From the human T2T-CHM13v2.0 reference genome, Homo sapiens, in NCBI RefSeq assembly GCF_009914755.1, contig NC_060946.1: 64,000 nucleotides of DNA; one strand, written 5' to 3'. Below are positions 30,100-45,270 of this stretch, piece after piece. The notes under the pieces were generated by a model. The model was not told where the DNA came from. It made no database searches and was given only the letters and a program-made list of their open reading frames with translations. The translations under genes and the position numbers were made by a program. The stretch's first letter is position 1. Each line of letters opens with the position of its first letter.

Positions 30100-32700
30100 A
30101 CCCCAAATATATGTTTTATACTCTACATGAAATATCAAAGTTCACAAACCATATATTATATACTGTACATAAAATATCAAAGTACCCAAGGTATATATTC
30201 TATACTGTACAAAAAATATCAAAGTAACCAAAGCATGTATTATATATTGTACATAAAATATGAAAGTATATCAAATATATATTTTATTCTGTATATAAAA
30301 TATCAAAGTACACCAGATATATATTCTATAATGTACATAAAATATCAAAGTACCCAAACTATACATTATATACTGTACATAAAATATGAAATTACATCAA
30401 ATATATTTTATATTAGGTACATAAAATATGAAAGTACATCAAATATAGATTATATACTGTACATTAAATACCAAAGTACCCCAAATATATATTTTATACT
30501 GTACATGAAATATCAAATTTCACAAACTATATATTATATACTGTACATATAATATCAAAGTACCCGAGGTATATATTCTATACAGTACAAAGAATAACAA
30601 AGTACCAAAAACATGTATTATATACTGTACCTAAAATATGAAAGTACATCAAATATATATTTTATTCTCTACATAAAATATCAAAGTACACCAGATATAT
30701 ATTCTATAGTGTACATAAAATATCAAAGTACCCAAACTATACATTATATACTGTACATAAAATATGAAATTACATCAAATATATATTATATTAGGTACAT
30801 AAAATATGAAAGTACATCAAATATAGATTATATACTGTACATTAAATACCAAAGTACCCCAAATATATATTTTATACTGTACATGAAATTTCAAAGTTCA
30901 CAAACTATATATTATATACTGTACATAAAATATCAAAGTACCCAAGGTATATTTTCTATACTGTACAAAAAATATCAAAGTACCCAAAGCATGTATTATA
31001 TTCTGTACATAAAATATGAAAGTACATCAAATATATATTTTATTCTGTACATAAAATATCAAAGTACACCAGATATATATTCTATAGTGTACATAAAATA
31101 ACAAAGTACACAAACTATAAATTATATACTGTACATAAAATATGAAATTACATCAAATATATATTAGGTACATAAAATATGAAAGTACATCAAATATAGA
31201 TTATATACTGTACATAAAATATCAAAGTACCCCAAATATATATTATATACTCTACATGAAATATCAAAGTTCACAAACCATATATTATATACTGTACATA
31301 AAATATCAAAGTACCCAAGGTATACATTCAATACTGTACAAAAAATATCAAAGTTCCCAAAGCATGTATTATATACTGTACATAAAATATGAAAGTACAT
31401 CAAATATATATTTTATTGTGTTCATAAAATATCAAAGTACACCAGATATATATTCTATAGTGTACAGAAAATAACAAAGTACACAAACTATAAATTATAT
31501 ACTGTACATAAAATATGAAATTACATCAAATATATATTAGGTACATAAAATATGAAAGTACATCAAATATAGATTATATACTGTACATTAAATACCAAAG
31601 TACCCCAAATATATGTTTTATACTCTACATGAAATATCAAAGTTCACAAACCATATATTATATACTGTACATAAAATATCAAATTACCCAAGGTATATAT
31701 TCTATACTGTACAAAAAATATCAAAGTAACCAAAGCATGTATTATATATTGTACATATAATATGAAAGTATATCAAATATATAGTTTATTCTGTACATAA
31801 AATATCAAAGTACACCAGATATATATTCTATAATGTACATAAAATATCAAAGTACCCAAACTATACATTATATACTGTACATAAAATATGAAATTACATC
31901 AAATATATTTTATATTAGGTACATAAAATATGAAAGTACATCAAATATAGATTATATACTGTACATTAAATACCAAAGTACCCCAAATATATATTTTATA
32001 CTGTACATGAAATATCAAAGTTCACAAACTATATATTATATACTGTACATATAATATCAAAGTACCCGAGGTATATATTCTATACTGTACAAAGAATAAC
32101 AAAGTACCAAAAACATGTATTATATACTGTACATAAAATATGAAAGTACATCAAATATATATTTTATTCTGTACATAAAATATCAAAGTACACCAGATAT
32201 ATATTCTATAGTGTACATAAAATATCAAAGTACCCAAACTATACATTATATACTGTACATAAAATATGAAATTACATCAAATATATATTATATTAGGTAC
32301 ATAAAATATGAAAGTACATCAAATATAGATTATGTACTGTACATTAAATACTAAAGTACCCCAAATATATATTTTATACTGTACATGAAATTTCAAAGTT
32401 CACAAACTATATATTATATACTATACATAAAATATCAAAGTACCCAAGGTATATTTTCTATACTGTACAAAAAATATCAAAGTACCCAAAGCATGTATTA
32501 TATTCTGTACATAAAATATGAAAGTACGTCAAATATATATTTTATTCTGTACATAAAATATCAAAGTACACCAGATATATATTCTATAGTGTACATAAAA
32601 TAACAAAGTACACAAACTATAAATTATATACTGTACATAAAATATGAAATTACATCAAATATATATTAGGTACATAAAATATGAAAGTACATCAAATATA
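30100..32700 (+). repeat. Local 1502-bp (2 x 751) period
   Basis: Variants ATATGTTTT, AAGTAACC, CTATAATGT, AAAGAATAAC, AAAACATG, GAAATTTCAAAG and GGTATATTTTC recur 1502 bp apart (30013/31515, 30613/32115). Confidence 0.8.
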
Positions 32701-33690
32701 GATTATATACTGTACATATAATATCAATGTACCCCAAATATATATTTTGTACTCTACATGAAATATCAAAGTTCACAAACCATATATTATATACTGTACA
32801 TAAAATATCAAAGTACCCAAGGTATATATTCTGTACTGTACAAAAAATATCAAAGTACCCAAAGCATGTATTATATACTGTATATAAAATATGAAAGTAC
32901 ATCAAATATATATTTTATTCTGTACATAAAATATCAAAGTACACCAGATATATATTCTATAGTGTACATAAAATATCAAAGTACCCAAACTATACATTAT
33001 ATACTGTACATAAAATATGAAATTACATCAAATATATATTATATTAGGTACATAAAATATGAAAGTACATCAAATATATATTATATACTGTACATAAAAT
33101 ATCAAAGTACCCAAATATATATTACATACTCTACATGAAATATCAAAGTTCACAAACTATATATTATATACTGTACATAAAATATCAAAGTACCGAAGGT
33201 ATATATTCTACACTGTACAAAAAATATCAATGTACCCAAAGCATGTATTATATACTGTATATAAAATATGAAAGTACATCAAATATATATTTTATTCTGT
33301 ACATAAAATATCAAAGTATACCAGATATATATTCTATAGTGTACATAAAATATCAAAGTACCCAAACTATACATTATATACTGTACATAAAATATGAAAT
33401 TGCATCAAATATATATTAGGTACATAAAATATGAAAGTACATCAAATATAGATTATATACTGTACATAAAATATCAAAGTACCCCAAATATACATTATAT
33501 AGTCTACATGAAATATCAAAATACACAAACTATATATTATATAGTGTACATAAAATATCAAACTACCCAAGGTATGTATTCTATACTGTACAAAAAATAT
33601 CAAAGTTCCCAAAGTAAGTATTATATACCGTACATAAAATATGAAAGTACATCAAATATATATTTTATTCTCTACATAAAATATGAAAGT

Positions 33691-33731
33691 ACACAAGATA
33701 TATATTTTATATATAATATAAATACATAAGT
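33691..33731 (+). repeat. Aberrant +16 bp monomer (copy 2 of 3)
   Basis: Same 41-mer as at 11061; offset 22630. Confidence 0.9.
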
Positions 33732-33949
33732 ACATAAAATATCAAAGTACACAAACTATATATTATGTACTGTACATAAAATATGAAATTTCATCAAATA
33801 TATATTAGGTACATAAAATATGAAAGTACATCAAATATAGATTGTATACTGTACATAAAATATCAAAGTACACCAAATATATATTATATACTGAACATGA
33901 AATATCAAAGTTCACAAACTATATATTATATACTGTACATAAAATATCA

Positions 33950-36900
33950 AAGTACACAAGGTATATATTCTATACTGTTCAAAAAATATCAAAGTACCCA
34001 AAGCATGTATTATATATTGTACATAAAATATGAAAGTACATCAAATATATATTTTATTCTGTGCATAAAATACCAAAGTACACCAGATATATATTATATG
34101 GTGTACATAAAATATCAATGTACCCAAACTATACATTAAATACTGTACATAAAATATCAAATTACATCAAATATATATTATATTAGGTACATAAAATATG
34201 AAAGTACATCAAATATATATTTTATTCTGTACATAAAATATCAAAGTACACCAGATATATATTCTATAGTGTACATAAAATATCAAAGTAGCCAAACTAT
34301 ACATTATATACTGTACATAAATTATGAAATTACATCAAATATATATTATATTAGGTACATAAAATATGAAAGTACATGAAATATAGATTATATACTGTAC
34401 ATAAAATATCAAAGTACCCCAAATATATATTACATACTCTACATGAAATATCAAATTTCACAAGCTATATATTATATACTGTACATAAAATATCAAAGTA
34501 CCCAAGGTATATATTCTATACTGTACAAAAAATATCAAAGTACCCAAAGCATGTATTATATACTGTACATAAAATATGAAATTACATCAAATATATATTT
34601 TATTCTGTACATAAAATATCAAAGTACACCAGATATATATTCTATAGTGTACATAAAATTACAAAGTACACAAACTATACATTATATACTGTACATAAAA
34701 TATGAAATTACATCAAATATATATTAGGTACATAAAATATGAAAGTACATCAAATATAGATTATATACTGTACATAAAATATCAAAGTACCCCAAATATA
34801 TATTATATACTCTACATGAAATATCAAAGTTCACAAACTATATATTATATACTGTATATAAAATATCAAATTACCTAAGGTATATATTCTATACTGTACA
34901 AAAAATATCAAAGTACTCAAAGCATGTATTATATACTGTATATAAAATATGAAAGCACATCAAATATATATTTTATTCTGTACATAAAATATCAAAGTAC
35001 ACCAGATATATATTCTATAGTGTACATAAAATATCAAAGTACCCAAACTATACATTATATACTGTACATAAAATATGAAATTACATCAAATATATATTAT
35101 ATTAGGTACATAAAATATGAAAGTACATCAAATATAGATTATATACTGTACATAAAATATCAAAGTACCCCAAATATATATTATATACTCTACATGAAAT
35201 ATTAAAGTTCACAAACTATATATTATATACTGTACATAAAATATCAAAGTACCCAAGGTATATATTCTATAATGTACAAAAAATATCAAAGTACCCAAAG
35301 CATGTATTATATCCTGTACATAAAATATGAAAGTACATCAAGTATATATTTTATTCTGTACATAAAATATCAAAGTACACCAGATATATATTCTATAGTG
35401 TACATAAAATAACAAGGTACACAAACTATACATTATATACTGTACATAAAATATGAAATTACATCAAATATATATTAGGTACATAAAATATGAAAGTACA
35501 TCAAATATAGATTATATACTGTACATTAAATACCAAAGTACCCCAAATATATATTTTATACTGTACATGAAATATCAAAGTTCACAAACTATATGTTATA
35601 TACTGTACATAAAATATCAAAGTACCCGAGGTATATATTCTATACAGTACAAAAAATATCAAAGTACCCAAAGCATGTATTATATACTGTACATAAAATA
35701 TGAAAGTACATCAAATATATATTTTATTCTGTACATAAAATATCAAAGTACACCAGATATATATTGTATAGTGTACATAAAATATAAAAGTACCCAAACT
35801 ATACATTATATACTGTACATAAAATATGAAATTACATCAAATATATTTTATATTAGGTACATAAAATATGAAAGTACATCAAATATAGATTATATAATGT
35901 ACATTAAATACCAAAGTACCCCAAATATATATTTTGTACTGTACATGAAATATCAAAGTTCACAAACTACATATTATATACTGTACATATAATATCAAAG
36001 TACCCGAGGTATATATTCTATACTGTACAAAAAATAACAAAGTACCAAAAGCATGTAATATATACTGTACCTAAAATATGAAAGTACATCAAATATATAT
36101 TTTATTCTTTACATAAAATATCAAAGTACACCAGATATATATTCTATAGTGTACATAAAATATCAAAGTACCCAAACTATACATTATATACTGTACATAA
36201 AATATGAAATTACATCAAATATATATTAGGTACATAAAATATGAAAGTACATCAAATATAGATTATATACTGTACATAAAATATCAAAGTACCCCAAATA
36301 TATATTATATACTGTACATGAAATATCAGAGTTCACAAACTATATATTATATACTGTACATAAAATATCAAAGTACCCAAGGTATATATTCTATACTGTA
36401 CAAAAAATATCAAAGTACCCAAAGCATGTATTATATACTGTACATAAAATATGAAAGTACATCAAATATATATTTTATTCTGTACATAAAATATCAAAGT
36501 ACACCAGATATATATTCTATAGTGTACATAAAATAACAAAGTACAAAAACTATAAAATACATACTGTACATAAAATATGAAATTACATCAAATATATATT
36601 AAGTACATAAAATATGAAAGTACATCAAATATAGATTATATACTGTACATAAAATATCAATGTACCCCAAATATACATGTTATACTCTACATGAAATATC
36701 AAAGTTCACAAACCATATATTATATACTGTACATAAAATATCAAAGTACCCAAGTTATATATTCTATAATATACAAAAAATATCAGAGTACCCAAAGCAT
36801 GTATTATATACTGTACATAAAATATGAAAGTACATCAAATATATATTTTATTCTTTACATAAAATATCAAAGTACACCAGATATATATTCTATAGTGTAC

Positions 36901-39900
36901 ATAAAATATCAAAGTACCCAAACTATACATTATATACTGTACATAAAATATGAGATTACATCAAATATATATTATATTAGGTACATAAAATATGAAAGTA
37001 CATCAAATATAGATTATATACTGTACATAAAATATCAAAGTACGCCAAATATATATTTTATACTCGACATGAAATATCAAAGTTCAGAAACCATATCTTA
37101 TATACTGTACATAAAATATCAAAGTACCCAAGGTATATATTCTATACTGTACAAAAAATATCAAAGTACCCAAATCAAGTATTATATACTGTACATAAAA
37201 TATGAAAGTACATCAAATATATATTTTATTCTGTACATAAAATATCAAAGTACACCAGATATATATTCTATAGTGTACATAAAATATCAAAGTACCCAAA
37301 CTATACATTATATACTGTACATAAAATATGAAATTACATCAAATATATATTATATTAGGTACATAAAATATGAAAGTACATCAAATATATATTATATACT
37401 GTACATAAAATATCAAAGTACCCAAATATATATTACATACTCTACATGAAATATCAAAGTTCACAAACTATATATTATATACTGTACATAAAATGTCAAA
37501 GTACCGAAGGTATATATTCTATATTGTACAAAAAATATCAATGTACCCAAAGCATGTATTATATACTGTATATAAAATATGAAATTACATCAAATATATA
37601 TTATATTCTGTACATAAAATATCAAAGTATACCAGATATATATTCTATAGTGTACATAAAATATCAAAGTACCCAAACTATACATTATATACTGTACATA
37701 AAATATGAAATTGCATCAAATATATATTAGGTACATAAAATATGAAAGTACATCAAATATAGATTATATACTGTACATAAAATATCAAAGTACCCCTAAT
37801 ATACATTATATAGTGTACATGAAATATCAAAATACACAAACTATATATTATATAGTGTACTTAAAATATCAAAGTACCCAAGGTATGTATTCTATACTGT
37901 ACAAAAAATATCAAAGTTCCCAAAGTAAGTATTATATACCGTACATAAAATATGAAAGTACATCAAATATATATTTTATTCTCTACATAAAATATGAAAG
38001 TACACAAGATATATATTTTATATATAATATAAATACATAAGTACATAAAATATCAAAGTACACAAACTATATTATGTACTGTACATAAAATATGAAATTT
38101 CATCAAATATATATTAGGTACATAAAATATGAAAGTACATCAAATATAGATTGTATACTGTACATAAAATATCAAAGTACACCAAATATATATTATATAC
38201 TGAACATGAAATATCAAAGTTCACAAACTATATATTATATACTGTACATAAAATATCAAAGTACCCAAGGTATATATTCTATTCTGTTCAAAAAATATCA
38301 AAGTACCCAAAGCATGTATTATATATTGTACATAAAATATGAAAGTACATCAAATATATATTTTATTCTGTACATAAAATACCAAAGTACACCAGATATA
38401 TATTATATGGTGTACATAAAATATCAATGTACCCAAACTATACATTATATACTGTACATAAAATATCAAATTACATCAAATATATATTATATTAGGTACA
38501 TAAAATATGAAAGTACATCAAATATATATTTTATTCTGTACATAAAATATCAAAGTACACCAGATATATATTCTATAGTGTACATAAAATATCAACGTAG
38601 CCAAACTATACATTATATACTGTACATAAAATATGAAATTACATCAAATATATATTATATTAGGTACATAAAATATGAAAGTACATGAAATATAGATTAT
38701 ATACTGTACATAAAATATCAAAGTACCCCAAATATATATTACATACTCTACATGAAATATCAAATTTCACAAGCTATATATTATATAGTGTACATAAATT
38801 ATCAAAGTACCCAAGGTATATATTCTATGCTGTACAAAAAATATCAAAGTACCCAAAGCATGTATTATATACTGTATATAAATTATGAAAGTACATCAAA
38901 TATATATTTTATTCTGTACATAAAATATCAAACTACACCAGATATATATTCTATAGTGTACATAAAATAACAAAGTACACAAACTATAAATTATATACTG
39001 TACATAAAATATGAAATTACATCAAATATATATTAGGTACATAAAATATGAAAGTACATCAAATATAGATTATATACTGTACATATAATATCAATGTACC
39101 CCAAATATATATTTTGTACTCTACATGAAATATCAAAGTTCACAAACCATATATTATATAGTGTACATAAAATATCAAAGTACCCAAGGTATATATTCTA
39201 TACTGTACAAAAAATATCAAAGTACCCAAAGCCTGTATTATATACTGTACATAAAATATGAAAGTACATCAAATATATATTTTATTCTGTACATAAAATA
39301 TCAAAGTACACCAGATATATATTCTATAGTGTACATAAAATATCAAAGTACCCAAACTATACATTATATACTGTACATAAAATATGAAATTACATCAAAT
39401 ATATATTATATTAGGTACATAAAATATGAAAGTACATCAAATATAGATTATATCCTGTACATAAAATATCAAAGTACCCCAAATATATATTATATAGTGT
39501 ACATGAAATATCAAACTTCACAAACTATATATTATATACTGTACATAAAATAGCAAAGTACCGAAGGTATATATTCTATCCTGTACAAAAAATATCAAGG
39601 TACCCAAAGCATGTATTATATACTGTATATAAAATATGAAAGTACATCAAATATATATTTTATTCTGTACATAAAATATCAAAGTACACCAGATATATAT
39701 TCTATAGTGTACATAAAATAACAAAGTACAAAAACTATAAATTATATACTGTACATAAAATATGAAATTACATCAAATATATATTGGTACATAAAATATG
39801 AAAGTACATCCAATATAGATTATATACTGTACATAAAATATCAATGTACCACAAATATATATTTTATACTCTACATGAAATATCAAAGTTCACAAACCAT

Positions 39901-42900
39901 ATATTATATACTGTACATAAAATATCAAAGTACCCAAGGTATATATTCTATACTATACAAAAAATATCAAAGTACCCAAAACATGTATTATATACTGTAC
40001 ATAAAATATGAAAGTACATCAAATATATATTTTATTCTTTACATAAAATATCAAAGTACACCAGATATATATTCTATAGTGTACATAAAATATCAAAGTA
40101 CCCAAACTATACATTATATACTGTACATAAAATATGAGATTACATCAAATATATATTATATTAGGTACATAAAATATGAAAGTACATCAAATATAGATTA
40201 TATACTGTACATAAAATATCAAAGTACCCCAAATATATATTATATACTCTACATGAAATATCAAAGTTCACAAACTATATATTATATACTGTACATAAAA
40301 TATCAAAGTACCCAAGGTATATATTCTATACTGTACAAAAAATATCAAAGTACCCAAAGCATGTATTATATACTGTACATAAAATATGAAATTACATCAA
40401 ATATATATTTTATTCTGTACATAAAATATCAAAGTACACCAGATATATATTCTATAGTGTACATAAAATTACAAAGTACACAAACTATACATTATATACT
40501 GTACATAAAATATGAAATTACATCAAATATATATTAGGTACATAAAATATGAAGTACATCAAATATAGATTATATACTGTACATAAAATATCAAAGTACC
40601 CCAAATATATATTTTGTACTCTACATGAAATATCAAAGTTCACAAACCATATATTATATAGTGTACATAAAATATCAAAGTACCCAAGGTATATATTCTA
40701 TACTGTACAAAAAATATCAAAGTACCCAAAGCCTGTATTATATACTGTACATAAAATATGAAAGTACATCAAATATATATTTTATTCTGTACATAAAATA
40801 TCAAAGTACACCAGATATATATTCTATAGTGTACATAAAATATCAAAGTACCCAAACTATACATTATATACTGTACATAAAATATGAAATTACATCAAAT
40901 ATATATTAAGTACATAAAATATGAAAGTACATCAAATATATATTATATACTGTACATAAAATATCAAAGTACCCAAGGTATATATTCTATACTGTACAAA
41001 AAATATCAAAGTACCCAAAGCTTGTATTATATACTGTACATAAAATATGAAAGTACATCAAAAATATATATTTAATTCTGTACATAAAATATCAAAGTAC
41101 ACCAGATATATATTCTATAGTGTACATAAAATATCAAAGTACCCAAACTATTTATTATATACTGTACATAAAATATGAAATTACATCAAATATATATTAT
41201 ATTAGGAACATAAAATACGAAAGTACATCAAATATAGATTATATACTGTACATAAAATATCAAAGTACCCCAAATGTATATTATATACTCTACATGAAAT
41301 ATCAAAGTTCACAAACTATATATTATATATTGTACATAAAATATCAAAGTACCCAAGGTATATATTCTATACTGTACAAAAAATATCAAAGTACCCAAAG
41401 CATGTATTATATACTGTACATAAAATATGAAAATACATCAAATATATATTTTATTCTGTACATAAAATATCAAGGTACACCAGATATATATTCTATAGTG
41501 TACATAAAATATCAAAGTACCCAAAGTATAAATTATATACTGTACATAAAATATGAAATTACATCAAATATATATTATATTAGGTACATAAAATATGAAA
41601 GTACATCAAATATAGATTATATACTGTACATTAAATACCAAAGTACCCCAAATATATATTTTATACTGTACATGAAATATCAAAGTTCACAAACTATATG
41701 TTATATACTGTACATAAAATATCAAAGTACCCGAGGTATATATTCTATACTGTACAAAAAATATCAAAGTACCCAAAGCATGTATTATATACTGTACATA
41801 AAATATGAAAGTACATCAAATATATATTTTATTCTGTACATAAAATATCAAAGTACACCAGATATATATTCTATAGTGTACATAAAATATAAAAGTACCC
41901 AAACTATACATTATATACTGTACATAAAATATGAAATTACATCAAATATATTTTATATTAGGTACATAAAATATGAAAGTACATCAAATATAGATTATAT
42001 ACTGTACATTAAATACCAAAGTACCCCAAATATATATTTTATACTGTACATGAAATATCAAAGTTCACAAACTACATATTATATACTGTACATATAATAT
42101 CAAAGTACCCGAGGTATATATTCTATACTGTACAAAAAATAACAAAGTACCAAAAGCATGTAATATATACTGTACCTAAAATATGAAAGTACATCAAATA
42201 TATATTTTATTCTTTACATAAAATATCAAAGTACACCAGATATATATTCTATAGTGTACATAAAATATCAAAGTACCCAAACTATACATTATATACTGTA
42301 CATAAAATATGAAATTACATCAAATATATATTAGGTACATAAAATATGAAAGTACATCAAATATAGATTATATACTGTACATAAAATATCAAAGTACCCC
42401 AAATATATATTATATACTGTACATGAAATATCAGAGTTCACAAACTATATATTATATTCTGTACATAAAATATCAAAGTACCCAAGGTATATATTCTATA
42501 CTGTACAAAAAATATCAAAGTACCCAAAGCATGTATTATATACTGTACAAAAAATATGAAAGTACATCAAATATATATTTTATTCTGTACATAATATATC
42601 AAAGTACACCAGATATATATTCTATTGTGTACATAAAATATCAAAGTACCCAAACTATTTATTATATACTGTACATGAAATATGAAATTACATCAAATAT
42701 ATATTATATTAGGTACATAAAATATGAAAGTACATCAAATATAGATTATATACTGTACATTAAATACCAAAGTACCCCAAATATATATTTTATACTGTAC
42801 ATGAAATATCAAAGTTCACAAACTATATATTATATACTGTACATAAAATATCAAAGTACCCAAGGTATATATTCTATACTGTACAAAAAATATCAAAGTA

Positions 42901-45270
42901 CCCACAGCATGTATTATATACTGTACATAAAATATGAAAGTACATCAAATATATATATTATTCTGTACATAAAATATCAAAGTACACCAGATATATATTC
43001 CATAGTGTACATAAAATATCAAAGTACTCAAACTATACATTATATACTGTACATAAAATATGAAATTACATCAAATTTATATTAGGTACATAAAATATGA
43101 AAGTACATCAAATATAGATTATATACTGTACATAAAATATCAAAGTACCCCAAATATATATTATATACTCTACATGAAATATCAAAGTTCACAAACTATA
43201 TATTATATACTGTACATAAAATATCATATTACCCAAGGTATATATTCTATACTGTGCAAAAAATACCAAAGTACCCAAAGCATGTATTATATACTGTATA
43301 TAAAATATGAATGTACATCAAATATATATTTTATTCTGTACAAAAAATATCAAAGTACACCAGATATATATTCTATAGTGTACATAAAATAACAAAGTAC
43401 AAAAACTATAAAATATATACTGTACATAAAATATGAAATTACATCAAATATATATTAAGTACATAAAATATGAAAGTACATCAAATATAGATTATATACT
43501 GTACATAAAATATCAATGTACCCCAAATATATATGTTATACTCTACATGAAATATCAAAGTTCACAAACCATATATTATATACTGTACATAAAATATCAA
43601 AGTACCCAAGTTATAAATTCTATACTATACAAAAAATATCAAAGTACCCAAAGCATGTATTATATACTGTACATAAAATATGAAAGTACATCAAATATAT
43701 ATTTTATTCTTTACATAAAATATCAAAGTACACCAGATATATATTCTATAGTGTACATAAAATATCAAAGTACCCAAACTATACATTATATACTGTACAA
43801 AAAATATGAGATTACATCAAATATATATTATATTAGGTACATAAAATATGAAAGTACATCAAATATAGATTATATACTGTACATAAAATATCAAAGTACC
43901 CCAAATATATATTATATACTCTACATGAAATATCAAAGTTCACAAACTATATATTATATACTGTACATAAAATATCAAAGTACCCAAGGTATATATTCTA
44001 TACTGTACAAAAAATATCAAAGTACCCAAAGCATGTATTATATACTGTACATAAAATATGAAAGTACATCAAATATATATTTTATTCTGTACATAAAATA
44101 TCTAGGTACACCAGATATATATTCTATAGTGTACATAAAATATCAAAGTACCCAAAGTATAAATTATATACTGTACATAAAATATGAAATTACATCAAAT
44201 ATATATTAGGTACATAAAATATGAAAGTACATCAAATATAGGTTATATACTGTACATAAAATATCAAAGTACCCCAAATATATATTATATACTCTACATG
44301 AAATATCAAAATACACAAACTATATATTATATACTGTACATAAAATATCAAAGTACCCAAAGTATATATTCTATACTGTACAAAAAATATCAAAGTACCC
44401 AAAGCATGTATTATATACTGTATATAAAATATGAAAGTACATCAAATATATATTTTATTCTGTACATAAAATATAAAGTACACCAGATATATATTCTATA
44501 GTGTACATAAAATATCAAAGTATGCAAACTATACATTATATACTGTACATAAAATATGAAATCACATCAAATATATATTATATTAGGTACATAAAATATG
44601 AAAGTACATCAAATATAGATTATATACTGTACATTAAATACCAAAGTACCCCAAATATATATTTTATACTGTACATGAAATATCAAAGTTCACAAACTAT
44701 ATGTTATATACTGTACATAAAATATCAAAGTACCCGAGGTATATATTCTATACTGTACAAAAAATATCAAAGTACCCAAAGCATGTATTATATACTCTAC
44801 ATAAAATATGAAAGTACATCAAATATATATTTTATTCTGTACATAAAATATCAAAGTACACCAGATATATATTCTATAGTGTACATAAAATATAAAAGTA
44901 CCCAAACTATACATTATATACTGTACATAAAATATGAAATTACATCAAATATATTTTATATTAGGTACATAAAATATGAAAGTACATCAAATATAGATTA
45001 TATACTGTACATTAAATACCAAAGTACCCCAAATATATATTTTATACTGTACATGAAATATCAAAGTTCACAAACTACATATTATATACTGTACATATAT
45101 CAAAGTACCCGAGGTATATAATCTATACTGTACAAAAAATAACAAAGTACCAAAAGCATGTAATATATACTGTACCTAAAATATGAAAGTACATCAAATA
45201 TATATTTTATTCTTTACATAAAATATCAAAGTACACCAGATATATATTCTATAGTGTACATAAAATATCA
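33950..45270 (+). repeat. Large intra-array duplication, copy 2, shorter by 379, 2632 and 751 bp
   Basis: Collinear with 6630-21760; the offset steps equal 1, 7 and 2 whole higher-order units once small indels are counted. Confidence 0.85.
38002..38042 (+). repeat. Aberrant +16 bp monomer (copy 3 of 3)
   Basis: Same 41-mer as at 11061; offset 26941. Confidence 0.9.
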
